From positions 1,024,001 to 1,088,000 of the forward strand of contig CAWANH010000029.1 of assembly GCA_963783375.1 (NCBI GenBank): a DNA stretch of 64,000 nt. Reading direction: 5' to 3'. Made by a program: the position numbers and the translations under genes. Below the pieces are notes generated by a model. The model searched no databases. It was not told the origin of the DNA and was given only the letters and a program-made list of their open reading frames with translations. The DNA comes from Candidatus Eiseniibacteriota bacterium (GTDB taxonomy: Bacteria; Eisenbacteria; RBG-16-71-46; JABDJR01). Position 1 is the stretch's first letter. Each line of letters begins with the position of its first letter. Positions 18,210-30,670 of this stretch are shown here, piece after piece.

Positions 18210-20312
18210 CTAGAAAAGCTTGCCGTGCAAGGCCATGATGGCCGGGGCGAACACCAGGGACACGATGGCCATGAGCTTCAAGAGGATGTTGAGCGCGGGC
18301 CCGGAGGTGTCCTTGAAGGGATCCCCCACCGTGTCCCCGACCACCGCCGCCTTGTGGGGATCGCTCCCCTTCCCCTGGACGTTTCCGGCCTCGTCGATCA
18401 GGTTCCCGCTCTCGATGTACTTCTTGGCGTTGTCCCAGGCCCCGCCGGCGTTGGCCAGCATGAGGGCCAGGGGCACCCCGGAAATGAGGGCCCCGGCCAG
18501 GAGCCCCCCCAGGGTCTCCACCCCGAACACGATTCCCACCCCCAGGGGGATGGCCACCGCCAGGACCCCGGGCCCGATCATCTCCTTCAGAGCGGCCTCG
18601 GTGGTGATGGCCACGCAGCGGGCATACTCCGGCTTGGCCGTTCCCTCCATGAGGCCGGGGATCTCCCGGAACTGGCGCCGCACCTCGTTGACCACGCTGA
18701 ACGCGGCCCGGCCCACTGCGCGCATGGTATCCGCGGCGAAGAGGAAGGGCACGATACCCCCCACCATGAGGCCGGCGAGCACGTGGACGTTGGTGATGTT
18801 GAACTCCTCGGGCAGGATGCCGGTGGCCTGCACGAAGGCGGTGAAGAGCGCCAGGGCGGTGAGCGCGGCGGAGCCGATGGCGAAGCCCTTGGCGATGGCC
18901 GCAGTGGTGTTGCCGGCCGCGTCCAGGCTGTCGGTGACCGCCCGGACTTCCTTGGGAAGGTGAGCCATCTCGGCGATGCCGCCCGCGTTGTCGGCGATGG
19001 GGCCGTAGGCATCCACCGCCACCGTCATCCCGGTGATCCCCAACATGCCGATGGCGGCGAGGGCGATGCCGAAGAAGCCGGCCAATGAAAAGGAGATGAG
19101 CACGGCCCCCGCGATCACCACCAACGGGAGCACGGTGCTCTTCATCCCCACCGCGAACCCGGTGATGATGTTGGTGGCGGATCCGGTGCGGGAGGCTCGG
19201 GCGATGTCCTCCACCGTCTTCCCGGAAGTGTAGTACTCGGCCACGAAACCCACGATCATCCCGGCCGCCAGACCGGAGAAGGTGGAGAGGAAGAGGCCCC
19301 AGGGCCCGTGTACGTGCTGCACCCCTCCAATCGTGGAGGACCAGGTCAAGTCCCCGTAGAGGCCGAAGGTCATGGCCAGGGTGCCGAGGGAAAACAGGAC
19401 GGCGGCGGAGACGGTGCCGTTCCGCAGGGCGATCTGGGGATTTCCCCCTTCCTTCACCCGCACGAAGAACACCCCGAGGATGGAGGCGCCGATCCCGATG
19501 GCCGCGGTAAGGAAGGCGAAGCTGATCGCCTTCACCGAATCCAGTTCGGGGATGGCCACCGAGATCACGATGGCGCTGACGATCGTGCCCACGTAGGACT
19601 CGAAGAGGTCGGCGCCCATGCCGGCCACGTCCCCCACGTTGTCCCCGACGTTGTCGGCGATGGTGGCGGGATTCCGGGGATCGTCCTCGGGAATGCCCGC
19701 TTCGACCTTGCCTACCAGGTCCGCCCCCACGTCGGCGGCCTTGGTGTAGATGCCGCCGCCCACACGGGCGAACAGTGCGATGGAAGAGGCGCCCATGCTG
19801 AACCCGGCTATGATCTCGGCCGCGCCCCCGATCTGATCGTTGAGCCCGTAGAGGTAGAAAGCCAGGGATAGACCGGCGAGGCCGATGCCGGCCACCGCCA
19901 TCCCCATCACCGCGCCTCCGGGAAAGGCCACCCCGAGGGCGGCGTTGAAGCCCTTGGTGGCGGCCTGGGCGGTGCGGGCGTTGGCCCGGGTCGCCATCTG
20001 CATGCCGATGAAGCCCGCGCTCACCGAGCACACGGCCCCGAACACGAAGGCCACCGCGGTCTTCCAGCCCAGCCCAACCGTGTGCCCCTTGATGCCCAGG
20101 GTGATGACCACGGCCAGGAGCAGGACGAACACGGCGATCGCCCGGTATTCGCGGGTGAGGAAGGCCATGGAGCCTTCATGAATGGCTTCGGAGATCTCGA
20201 CCATGGTCTCGTTGCCGGGGGCCGCTTTCATCACGCGGCCGAAGGCCAGGTAGGCAGCGAAGATCAGGGCCACCAGGCCCGCCCCCAGCGCCACCAGGAT
20301 CTGCACGGGCAT
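18210..20312 (-). CDS. hppA: Membrane-bound K+-dependent (probably Na+-translocating) pyrophosphatase
   Basis: GGGIYTKAADVGADLVGKVE, DNVGDNVGD, GNTTAA, GGAWDNAKK, GDTVGDPFKDTSGP. Confidence 0.95.
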   Translation of the reverse strand: MPVQILVALGAGLVALIFAAYLAFGRVMKAAPGNETMVEISEAIHEGSMAFLTREYRAIAVFVLLLAVVITLGIKGHTVGLGWKTAVAFVFGAVCSVSAGFIGMQMATRANARTAQAATKGFNAALGVAFPGGAVMGMAVAGIGLAGLSLAFYLYGLNDQIGGAAEIIAGFSMGASSIALFARVGGGIYTKAADVGADLVGKVEAGIPEDDPRNPATIADNVGDNVGDVAGMGADLFESYVGTIVSAIVISVAIPELDSVKAISFAFLTAAIGIGASILGVFFVRVKEGGNPQIALRNGTVSAAVLFSLGTLAMTFGLYGDLTWSSTIGGVQHVHGPWGLFLSTFSGLAAGMIVGFVAEYYTSGKTVEDIARASRTGSATNIITGFAVGMKSTVLPLVVIAGAVLISFSLAGFFGIALAAIGMLGITGMTVAVDAYGPIADNAGGIAEMAHLPKEVRAVTDSLDAAGNTTAAIAKGFAIGSAALTALALFTAFVQATGILPEEFNITNVHVLAGLMVGGIVPFLFAADTMRAVGRAAFSVVNEVRRQFREIPGLMEGTAKPEYARCVAITTEAALKEMIGPGVLAVAIPLGVGIVFGVETLGGLLAGALISGVPLALMLANAGGAWDNAKKYIESGNLIDEAGNVQGKGSDPHKAAVVGDTVGDPFKDTSGPALNILLKLMAIVSLVFAPAIMALHGKLF

Positions 20313-20367
20313 ACGTCCGGTCTCCTCCTCCCGGTCTCCCGGGTCCTAGCGCCCGCCCCGTGGCGGA

Positions 20368-20940
20368 CTATCGGTTGAAACGGTTCATTGCCGCGTCCGC
20401 GCCTTCCCCGATGAGGGCTCGAACGCACTCACTCGCCCCGGCCAACCAGGGCTCCATCGCCTTCTCCTCCTCGTCGGAGAAAGGCTCCAAGACATATTCC
20501 CTCAGGGCGCGCCCCTCATCGCCCCCCCCGATTCCCATCCGCAGCCGTGGAACCTCGCCGGTCCCCAGGGCGTCAAGCACCGATTCGAGGCCGTGATGGC
20601 CGCCCGCGCTTCCCGCGGTCCGAAGCCGGAGCGAGCCGAAGGGCAGGGCCACGTCGTCGACCAGCACCAGATGCCGTTCCGGAGGGACTGTCGCCGATTC
20701 CGGCGAGCGAATCAGGGCGTCTCCCGACCGGTTCATGAACGTCATGGGTCGGATCAGGGTCACCTGAAACCCTCCCCACTCCGCCCGGGCGGTCAGGTAG
20801 ACCCCTTCGTCCCGTTCGGGGCCGGCCCCCAGATCCCGGGCCAGACGGTCCAGGAGGCGGAAACCGGCGTTGTGGCGGGTCCGCGCGTAGGTCGGACCGG
20901 GATTCCCCAGCCCCACGACCACCCAGTTCTCCTCCGGCAA
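20368..20940 (-). CDS. pth: Peptidyl-tRNA hydrolase
   Basis: VGLGNPG..YARTRHNAGF, TFMNRSG, GSAGGHHG. Confidence 0.95.
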   Translation of the reverse strand: MPEENWVVVGLGNPGPTYARTRHNAGFRLLDRLARDLGAGPERDEGVYLTARAEWGGFQVTLIRPMTFMNRSGDALIRSPESATVPPERHLVLVDDVALPFGSLRLRTAGSAGGHHGLESVLDALGTGEVPRLRMGIGGGDEGRALREYVLEPFSDEEEKAMEPWLAGASECVRALIGEGADAAMNRFNR

Positions 20941-20943
20941 GGG

Positions 20944-21612
20944 CTACTCTTCTCCCTCCTCCTCCTCCTTCTTGCGTCCCACCACCTCCGGTTCGGCCGG
21001 CTCCGCCGCAGCCGCCGCGTCGACCTCTTCCGCGGTGGGCTCCTTGATCACCGTGGGCGGCACCACCGATGCGATGGTGGTGTCGGCCTCCTCCAGGATC
21101 TCCACGTCGGGAATCTGGAGGTCGCTCACGTGGATGGAGTCGCCGACGTTCAGCGCGGACACGTCCACCTTGATATCGTTGGGAATCTTGTCCACCATGC
21201 ACTTGAGGAGGAGCGATCGGACGGCGTGCTGGAGAATCCCGCCGAACTCCTTCACCCCGATCGCGATCCCCTCCAGCTCGACCGGCACTTCCACCTCGAG
21301 CCGCTCGGTGGTGGAGATGCGGTTCAGGTCCACGTGAACCACGAATCCGGAGAGCGGGTCGACCTGGACCTCGCGGATCAGGGTCTTGACCAGCTCCGCC
21401 GATCCTCCGACGTTCAGGTCCACCACCAGGTTCGAGACCGTGTGTCCGCTCACCGCGCGCATGAACTCGCGCTCGTCCAGATCGAGGAGGACGGGCTCCG
21501 TTCCCTTGCTGTAGAGCACCCCGGGAATCCGCTTGGCGGCGCGCAGCTTGCGCGCCACGCCCTTGCCCGTACCCAAACGGACGTTTCCGTTCAATTGAAC
21601 CGTGATCGCCAT
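20944..21612 (-). CDS. rplY: 50S ribosomal protein L25/Ctc
   Basis: GKGVARKLR..IPGVLY, HVDL, GVKEFGG, LNVGDSIHVSDL. Confidence 0.95.
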   Translation of the reverse strand: MAITVQLNGNVRLGTGKGVARKLRAAKRIPGVLYSKGTEPVLLDLDEREFMRAVSGHTVSNLVVDLNVGGSAELVKTLIREVQVDPLSGFVVHVDLNRISTTERLEVEVPVELEGIAIGVKEFGGILQHAVRSLLLKCMVDKIPNDIKVDVSALNVGDSIHVSDLQIPDVEILEEADTTIASVVPPTVIKEPTAEEVDAAAAAEPAEPEVVGRKKEEEEGEE

Positions 21613-21673
21613 GTGACTGTTCCTCCTGATCCAGGGCCCGCGTTCCGCGGGTCCGATCCGGTCTCCGCCCGCG

Positions 21674-22618
21674 TCAGATGAAGAGCGAGCTCAAAGACTC
21701 CTCCTGGTGGATGCGATGAATGGCCTCGCCAAGAATGCGGGCCACCGAGAGAATCTCCACCCGGTCCGTCCGGCCCGCCAGCGCCGCCGGGTCCTGGTAG
21801 ATGGTGTTGGTCACGTTGAGCCGGTAGAGATCCGAGTGGTTGAGCTTGTCGAATACGCTGTCCGCGAAGACGGCGTGGGTGACGCAAGCCATGATCTCGA
21901 GCGCCCCCCGCTCCTTGAGCGCCCGCGCCGCCTTCACCAGGGTGCCGCCGGTGGAAATGATATCGTCGAAGATCACCACGTTCTTGCCGTTCACGTCCCC
22001 GATCACGTTCATGACGTCGATCTCGTCGTGGCGGGGACGCCGCTTGTCGATGAGGGCGAGGGGCGCTTCCAGACGGGTGGCGTAGGCCCGGGCCATCTTG
22101 ACGCTACCGATGTCCGGCGCCACCACCACCACGTTGGAAGGGAAGGTGGATCGGACGTTTTCCACGAACACCGGCGAGGCGTACAGGTGATCGAAGGGAA
22201 TATCGAAGAAGCCCTGGATCTGGACGGAATGCAGATCCATGGTGAGCACCCGTTCCGCACCCGCCGTGGTCATGAGGTTGGCCATGAGCTTGGCGCTGAT
22301 GGGGACGCGGGGCTGGTCCTTGCGGTCCTGACGGGCGTAGCCGAAGTACGGAATGACCGCGGTCACCCGCCGGGGAGATGCCCGGCGGATGGCGTCCAGC
22401 ATGATCAAGAGCTCCATGATGTTCCGGGCCGGCGAATTCGTGGACTGGATGACGAAGACATCGTGCCCGCGGATGTTCTCGGTGATCTTGCACCAGGTCT
22501 CCCCGTCGGCGAAGTCGCGCACGTCGGCCTCGCCCAGGGGACGCTTCAAGTACCGGCAGATCTCCTGGGCCAACGAGCGGTTGGAGTTTCCGGAAAAGAT
22601 CTTGAGCATGCTGTCCAC
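21674..22618 (-). CDS. prs: Ribose-phosphate pyrophosphokinase
   Basis: FADGE, PYFGYARQDRK, DLHSVQIQGFF, APDIG, DDIISTGGT. Confidence 0.97.
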   Translation of the reverse strand: MDSMLKIFSGNSNRSLAQEICRYLKRPLGEADVRDFADGETWCKITENIRGHDVFVIQSTNSPARNIMELLIMLDAIRRASPRRVTAVIPYFGYARQDRKDQPRVPISAKLMANLMTTAGAERVLTMDLHSVQIQGFFDIPFDHLYASPVFVENVRSTFPSNVVVVAPDIGSVKMARAYATRLEAPLALIDKRRPRHDEIDVMNVIGDVNGKNVVIFDDIISTGGTLVKAARALKERGALEIMACVTHAVFADSVFDKLNHSDLYRLNVTNTIYQDPAALAGRTDRVEILSVARILGEAIHRIHQEESLSSLFI

Positions 22619-22915
22619 GGTACGATTCCCCCAGAAGACGTCCCCGCCCGCGCGCGGTCCGTCCGCCGTGGCCCCGGGCGCGCGTCTCCCGACCGGAAAA
22701 CAGGCACGCGACGGATCCTGGGCCCGATCGCGACCGGATCCCCAAGGAGGCGGAGGCGCCGGGCGGTATGTTCAATCCGACAGGTGAGGGCGTACGGGAC
22801 GCCCGCAAGGTACCGACATCCGGGGCGGTAGCCCCGGTGAGATCATCGACCGGCGGATCTTACGCGGCTGTGGTACGTTGCCGCGGGTCAGGGTGTGAAA
22901 TGACCATGGATCGAT

Positions 22916-23230
22916 CTACCGGCTTCGCCGGGGGAGGCGAGGAGGGGTCTCCTTCCACCAGTCCTCTCCGGCTTCTTGAAGCACAGCATTGTACTCGCCC
23001 AGGACCATGTCTTCAAGGACCTTTCGAAAGGCGTGGTTTATGGGGTGGGCGATGTCCTGGAACTCCCCGTTCTTCTTCCGGCGGCTGGGCATGGCGACGA
23101 AGAGCTTCTCGTCCTGCCCCCGGATGATCTTGAGGCTGCGGACCACGAAGCAATCCTCGAGGGTGATGCTGGCATACCCCAACAATCGGGGGTCGTGCTT
23201 GAGGGTCACCCGGACTTCGGTGATTCTCAT
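22916..23230 (-). CDS. spoVG: SpoVG family nucleic-acid-binding protein
   Basis: MRITEVRV, ASITLEDCFVV, LFVAMPSR, FQDIAHPIN. Confidence 0.92.
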   Translation of the reverse strand: MRITEVRVTLKHDPRLLGYASITLEDCFVVRSLKIIRGQDEKLFVAMPSRRKKNGEFQDIAHPINHAFRKVLEDMVLGEYNAVLQEAGEDWWKETPPRLPRRSR

Positions 23231-23343
23231 CAATTTTCCACCTGGAAGCCCGCCGGATCGCCGTTCTCCCCGAACAGCGCGCCGCCACGAGCCTGGTCGT
23301 CCACGGGTCGGTGTGGGGTTGAATCCCACCGTCGGGGCGTAGC

Positions 23344-24276
23344 TCACCCCGACTTCCGCGTCCATGGAACCACCCTGGCCCCGAATCCCACCGGCGAGAC
23401 GCCCATGCGGGCGTACCCCGAGGTCTCGAACCTCTTGTCCAGGAGCAGGTTGGCGGCCCCCTGCGGCCTGGTGAGGGCAAACAACGCCGAGCCGCTGCCC
23501 GTCAGGCCAACCGCCGAAGCTCCATGAGCCAGAAGCTCGAGTCGAATCGAGACCAGCCGAGGTTGTATCCGGACTACCCCAGCCTCAAGGTCGTTCCCGA
23601 GATTCTCAAAGAACCGTTCGTAGTCGCCTTTCTCGAAGGCGGTTAGCAAGATGTTAATTCTCTGTTTCATCCCTGTCAAGCTCGGTGACACCATTTGAAA
23701 CGCTTCTGCAGTGGAAATCCGGAACTCGGGGACGACCAGGACCCATTCGCACGGGGGTGGCGCATGAACCGGGGTCAGGTGCTCCCCACGGCCCTCTCCC
23801 AGGACGGTCCCCCCCACCAGGAAGAACGGGACGTCGGAACCCAGCTCCTGGGCCAGACCGGCCCGCTCCCCGGGGTCGGGGTCGAGCCCCCACAGCGCCT
23901 CCAGGGCCAGGAGCGTGGCGGCGGCGTCGCTGGAACCGCCCCCCAGGCCCGCCCCCGCCGGAATCCGCTTCAGAAGCCGAATCTCCGCCCCCCGGCCGGG
24001 GGCGCGCCGGCGGGCCAGGCTCTGCCCTGCCCGGACCACGAGGTTATCCGGGCCCGAGGGGACCCCCGGGGCCTCGGGCCCGGTCACGACGAGGGACACC
24101 CCGGGCAAGGCCCGCTCCCGCACCCAGAGGTCGTCGTGGAGATCGATGGCCTGGAAGATGGTACGAAGGTCGTGGTAGCCGTCGGGACGCCGGCCGAGGA
24201 TCTCCAACCCCAGGTTCAGCTTGGCCGGGGCCTCGGCCCGGAGGTCCCAGGAGCCGGGACTAGACCCGGGAGGCAT
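23344..24276 (-). CDS. ispE: 4-diphosphocytidyl-2-C-methyl-D-erythritol kinase
   Basis: APAKLNLGL..GRRPDGYH, KRIPAGAGLGGGSSDAA, LGSDVPFF, GLTGSGS. Confidence 0.94.
   Translation of the reverse strand: MPPGSSPGSWDLRAEAPAKLNLGLEILGRRPDGYHDLRTIFQAIDLHDDLWVRERALPGVSLVVTGPEAPGVPSGPDNLVVRAGQSLARRRAPGRGAEIRLLKRIPAGAGLGGGSSDAAATLLALEALWGLDPDPGERAGLAQELGSDVPFFLVGGTVLGEGRGEHLTPVHAPPPCEWVLVVPEFRISTAEAFQMVSPSLTGMKQRINILLTAFEKGDYERFFENLGNDLEAGVVRIQPRLVSIRLELLAHGASAVGLTGSGSALFALTRPQGAANLLLDKRFETSGYARMGVSPVGFGARVVPWTRKSG
23651..23679 (-). promoter_or_regulatory. Sigma70-type promoter inside ispE
   Basis: TTGACA (23679-23674), 17 nt, TAACAT (23656-23651), in an AT-rich patch. Confidence 0.65.
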
Positions 24277-25156
24277 AGATCACCACCACCACGGCGATCA
24301 CCCATCCGAGGGTGGTGAGAAGGATGGGAACGTCCCGGTAGAGGGTGCGGCTGGGCGAGCCCCCTTCCTCCCGCACCTGGACCAGGTAGAGGTAGCGGAA
24401 GAGCCCGTACACCACGAAGGGAATGGTGAACACCAGCGCCGGGGAGTGGAACTTGTTGAGGGTCCCGGGGGCGATGGTGTAGATCGCGTAGGCGATCAGG
24501 GTGGCCGCGGCCGCCACGGTGATGAGCTGATCCAGGAAGGGGCGGGAGTACTGGCCCAGGGTGGCCCGATGGTCGGAGGCCGTGGCCTCGAGGATGGTGA
24601 GCTCGTGGCGGCGCTTCCCGAAACCCAGGAATAGGGCCAGGAACAGGGTACAGACCAGGAGCCACGGCGAGAGCTCGATGGCCGGGTCGAAGGGGCGAAG
24701 CGCCATCACCCCGGCGATGGCCCGCACCACGAAGGACATCGCGATCATGAGGACATCCAGGATGACCAGATTCTTGAGTCTGGCGGAGTAGGCGATGTTG
24801 ATGAGGAAGAACACGCTCAGGGAAAGGAAGAATGCGCCCCCCAGACGGTAACTCACCACCATGGTGATGATGACCAACCCACCGAAGAGCGCGACGGCTT
24901 GGGGGATGCCGATCCGGCCGGCGGGGATGGGGCGGTGGCGCTTTCGGGGATGAATCCGGTCCCGGTTCACGTCGAACACATCGTTCAGGACGTAGACCGC
25001 GGAGGAGGCCAGGCAGAACACCAGGAAGGCGGCCAGCGCCCGGCCGTCGTAGGCCGGCTCCATCATGTGGACGCTGAATACCAGGCCGGCGAACAGGATG
25101 AGGTTCTTGCTCCATTGCCAGGGGCGGAGCAACAGGACGACGTCGCGGGCGGTCAA
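24260..25156 (-). CDS. UbiA-family polyprenyl-phosphate phosphoribosyltransferase
   Basis: LLRPWQWSKN, SSAVYVLNDVFD..DRIHPRKRHRPIPAG, GKRRHE; multiple TMs. Confidence 0.9.
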   Translation of the reverse strand: MTARDVVLLLRPWQWSKNLILFAGLVFSVHMMEPAYDGRALAAFLVFCLASSAVYVLNDVFDVNRDRIHPRKRHRPIPAGRIGIPQAVALFGGLVIITMVVSYRLGGAFFLSLSVFFLINIAYSARLKNLVILDVLMIAMSFVVRAIAGVMALRPFDPAIELSPWLLVCTLFLALFLGFGKRRHELTILEATASDHRATLGQYSRPFLDQLITVAAAATLIAYAIYTIAPGTLNKFHSPALVFTIPFVVYGLFRYLYLVQVREEGGSPSRTLYRDVPILLTTLGWVIAVVVVIYASRV

Positions 25157-25749
25157 TCGGTTCCTTCCCCGAAGAGGGCGGCTTCCACCAGCTGGCAGAT
25201 GAGATGGCCGGCGCAGATGTGCGTCTCCTGGATACGGGCCACGTTTTCGCTCGGCGCCACCAGGGCCAGGTCGCAGGTCCGGGCGAAGGCTTCGCCGCGG
25301 GCACCGGTGAACCCGATCACCGTCATCTCCTTCTGCCGGGCCATGGCCACCGCCCGGACCACGTTGGCGCTTCCCCCGCTGGTGGTGATGGCCAGGAGCA
25401 CGTCCCCTTTCTTCCCCGTCCCGTCGAGCTGGCGGGAGAACACCTCTGCGTAGTCGAAGTCGTTCCCGATCGCGGTCAGGGCCGAGGTGTTGACGGTGAG
25501 GGCGACCGCGGCCAATCCCGGACGGTCGATGTAGAACCGGCCCGAGAGTTCGGCCGCGATGTGCTGGGCGTCGGCCGCGCTTCCGCCGTTCCCACAGGTA
25601 TGGAAGGTCCCTCCGGCCCGGAGCGAACGCTCCACCGCCTCCGCGGCGCGCACCACGAACTCGGCGTGGGTCCCGGCCACCTCGGTGAGAATGCGCGCCG
25701 ATTCCCGGAACTCGTTCTGGACCAGGGTCAGAAGATCGTGTCGGATCAA
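25153..25749 (-). CDS. gmhA: Phosphoheptose isomerase
   Basis: CGNGGSAADAQHIAAEL, TAIGNDF, TSGGSANV, RIQETH. Confidence 0.93.
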   Translation of the reverse strand: MIRHDLLTLVQNEFRESARILTEVAGTHAEFVVRAAEAVERSLRAGGTFHTCGNGGSAADAQHIAAELSGRFYIDRPGLAAVALTVNTSALTAIGNDFDYAEVFSRQLDGTGKKGDVLLAITTSGGSANVVRAVAMARQKEMTVIGFTGARGEAFARTCDLALVAPSENVARIQETHICAGHLICQLVEAALFGEGTD

Positions 25750-25803
25750 GTTTCCTCCCCGACCGCGAGACTTCCCCGCATCGCGATCGCCGTCAAGATG
25801 AAA

Positions 25804-26664
25804 TCAACCGGCCGCGGGGGGACCGGAGCGCCCCGCCAGGTACGCGGCCAGGGCCCGGGGCCAGGGGCGGAGATCCACCCCGTGGCGCTCCCGCGCCCGA
25901 GCTGCGTCCAGCACCGAGAACCGAGGCCTCGGCGCCGGCCTCCCCGCCGCTTCGGTGTCGACCGGCCGGACCCGTTCCGGATCCAGGCCGGCCAGCCGCG
26001 CCGCCTCGCGGGCCAGATCGAACCACGAAGCCCGGCCCGCGTTCACCACGTGGTAGATCCCCCGGGCCCGGGCCGCGACCAGGGCCGCGATCCCCGCGGC
26101 GAGGTCGGAGGCGTAGGTCGGGGAACCGATCTGGTCCGAGACCACCGACACCGTCTCCCGGGTTTCGAGAAGACCCAGGATGGTATCCACGAAATTCCGG
26201 CCTCCCCCGCCGTAGAGCCAGGCGCTCCGCACCACCGCCCAGTCGGTGGAGGCTCCGGCGATTCCCTCCTCGCCGGCGAGCTTGCTCCGGCCGTACACGC
26301 TCAGGGGACCGACGGGGTCATCCTCGGCATAGGGCGTCCCCTTGGTCCCGGCGAAAACGTAGTCGCTGGAGAGGGCGAGCACGCGGGCGCCCCGGCGCTC
26401 GGCCTCCGCCGCCACCAGGCGCGAACCCTCGGCGTTCACCCGAAACGCCTCTTCCTCCGCGCTCTCGCAGGCGTCCACCGCGGTCATGGCGGCCAGGTGG
26501 ACCACCACGTCGGGGCGGAAGGCGTCGAGGCGGGAGCGAACGAGGTTCGGGTCGGCGATGTCCCCGTCGGCGATCCCCATCCCGGCCACCTCGTGGGACT
26601 CCCGAAGGAGGGGGACCAGGGCGGAGCCCAGGAGCCCGTCCCACCCGGTCACGAAGATCCGCAT
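25804..26664 (-). CDS. rfbD: dTDP-4-dehydrorhamnose reductase
   Basis: HLAAMTAVDACE, SSDYVFAG, YGRSKLAGE, DQIGSPT, RPAPRP. Confidence 0.93.
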   Translation of the reverse strand: MRIFVTGWDGLLGSALVPLLRESHEVAGMGIADGDIADPNLVRSRLDAFRPDVVVHLAAMTAVDACESAEEEAFRVNAEGSRLVAAEAERRGARVLALSSDYVFAGTKGTPYAEDDPVGPLSVYGRSKLAGEEGIAGASTDWAVVRSAWLYGGGGRNFVDTILGLLETRETVSVVSDQIGSPTYASDLAAGIAALVAARARGIYHVVNAGRASWFDLAREAARLAGLDPERVRPVDTEAAGRPAPRPRFSVLDAARARERHGVDLRPWPRALAAYLAGRSGPPAAG

Positions 26665-27728
26665 CAACAGACCTCGATCCGGGCGAGGTCCCCCACCAGG
26701 AAGCGATAGGTGGCGGGCCGGGTGGCTACGCGGACGATCTCCACGTTCCGTCCGAGGAGGCTTGATTCCATGCGGTGCTGGAGGCCCACCACCCGTGCCC
26801 CCTCGAGCAGGATGGAGTGCTCGATCTCGCTTCCCTCGATCACCGCCCCGTTGTGGACCGAGGTGAAGGGGCCGATGAAGGCGTCGGTGATCGTGCAGTT
26901 CTCGCCGATGATGAGCGGTCCGCGCAGGGTGCTCCCCAGAATGCGGCTCCCCTTCCCGACGACCACCTCGCCCTCGATCCGGCTCCGCGCGTCCACCTCG
27001 CCCTCGATCCGGCCGGAGAGCCCGGAGAGGACGATGCGGTTGGCCTCGAGCATGTCCTCCAGCTTGCCGGTGTCCTTCCACCAGCCGGTGATGATGTGGC
27101 TCCGGACGTCCCGCCTGGAGTCGATCAGGTGCTGGATGGCGTCGGTGATCTCCAGCTCGCCGCGTTTCGAGGGCTGGATGGCGTCCACCGCCTCGAAGAC
27201 CGAGGCGTTGAACATGTAGACCCCGACCAGGGCGTAGTCGGACCGGGGCTCGGCGGGTTTCTCCTCCAGGCGCACCACCCGGTTCCCGTCCAGCTCGGCC
27301 ACCCCGAACTCCTGGGGGTTCTTGACCCGGGCGAGGAGGATCTGGCAATCGGGCTTCTCGGATTCGAACTCGCGGACCAGGGAGGTGATGCCGTCCCGGA
27401 TGAGGTTGTCCCCCAGGAACATGACGAAGCGATCGTCGCCGAGGAACTTCCGGCTCACCTTGACCGCGTGGGCCAGCCCCAGGGGAGCCTCCTGATGGAT
27501 GTAGGTGACGCGGATCCCGAAGCGCGAGCCGTCCCCCACCGCGGTCCGGATCTCCTCGTGGGTGTCGCCGACCACGATGCCCACGTCGGTGATGCCGGCG
27601 TCGCGGATGGCCTCCACCCCGTAGAAGAGGATCGGCTTGTTGGCCACCGGGACGAGCTGCTTGGCGCTGGTGAAGGTGATGGGGCGGAGCCGCGTCCCCT
27701 TGCCGCCGGAGAGGATGAGGGCCTTGAT
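26664..27728 (-). CDS. rfbA: Glucose-1-phosphate thymidylyltransferase (long form); apparent ATC start
   Basis: (I)KALILSGGKGTRLRPITFTSAKQLVPVANKP, LGLAHAV, LGDN, LEEKP, RGELEITDA, WWKDTG. Confidence 0.92.
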   Translation of the reverse strand: MKALILSGGKGTRLRPITFTSAKQLVPVANKPILFYGVEAIRDAGITDVGIVVGDTHEEIRTAVGDGSRFGIRVTYIHQEAPLGLAHAVKVSRKFLGDDRFVMFLGDNLIRDGITSLVREFESEKPDCQILLARVKNPQEFGVAELDGNRVVRLEEKPAEPRSDYALVGVYMFNASVFEAVDAIQPSKRGELEITDAIQHLIDSRRDVRSHIITGWWKDTGKLEDMLEANRIVLSGLSGRIEGEVDARSRIEGEVVVGKGSRILGSTLRGPLIIGENCTITDAFIGPFTSVHNGAVIEGSEIEHSILLEGARVVGLQHRMESSLLGRNVEIVRVATRPATYRFLVGDLARIEVC

Positions 27729-27907
27729 GTTGCACCTCCGAGGTTTCGGTCGTTGGTCCTGCTCTGGGGATGGGAGGCCGAACCGAGCCCAAGACGTTAG
27801 CAGAGCGGAGCTTAGGGAGTCAACGCACGGCCGGGAACCGGGGCCGCGCCAGGTCCGGCCGGAAGACCCGATCGGTCGCGGATCCCCGGACGGCCCGCGT
27901 CCCCCGG

Positions 27908-30568
<2,661 letters not shown>

Positions 30569-30670
30569 GGTCTCCTCTCTCCCCGCCCGGGAGTGGGGTT
30601 CCGGTCGCGCCACGGGGGGTCGCATAAAGCGTTTGAGTATACCAGCCCGGCCCCGGTTCCCGGCGGGCGG

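Noticed and set aside
22620-23345. tRNA-Gln often found between ispE and prs
   Set aside because: Only isolated hairpins (one with a T-loop-like GATTCAA); no cloverleaf or CCA end.
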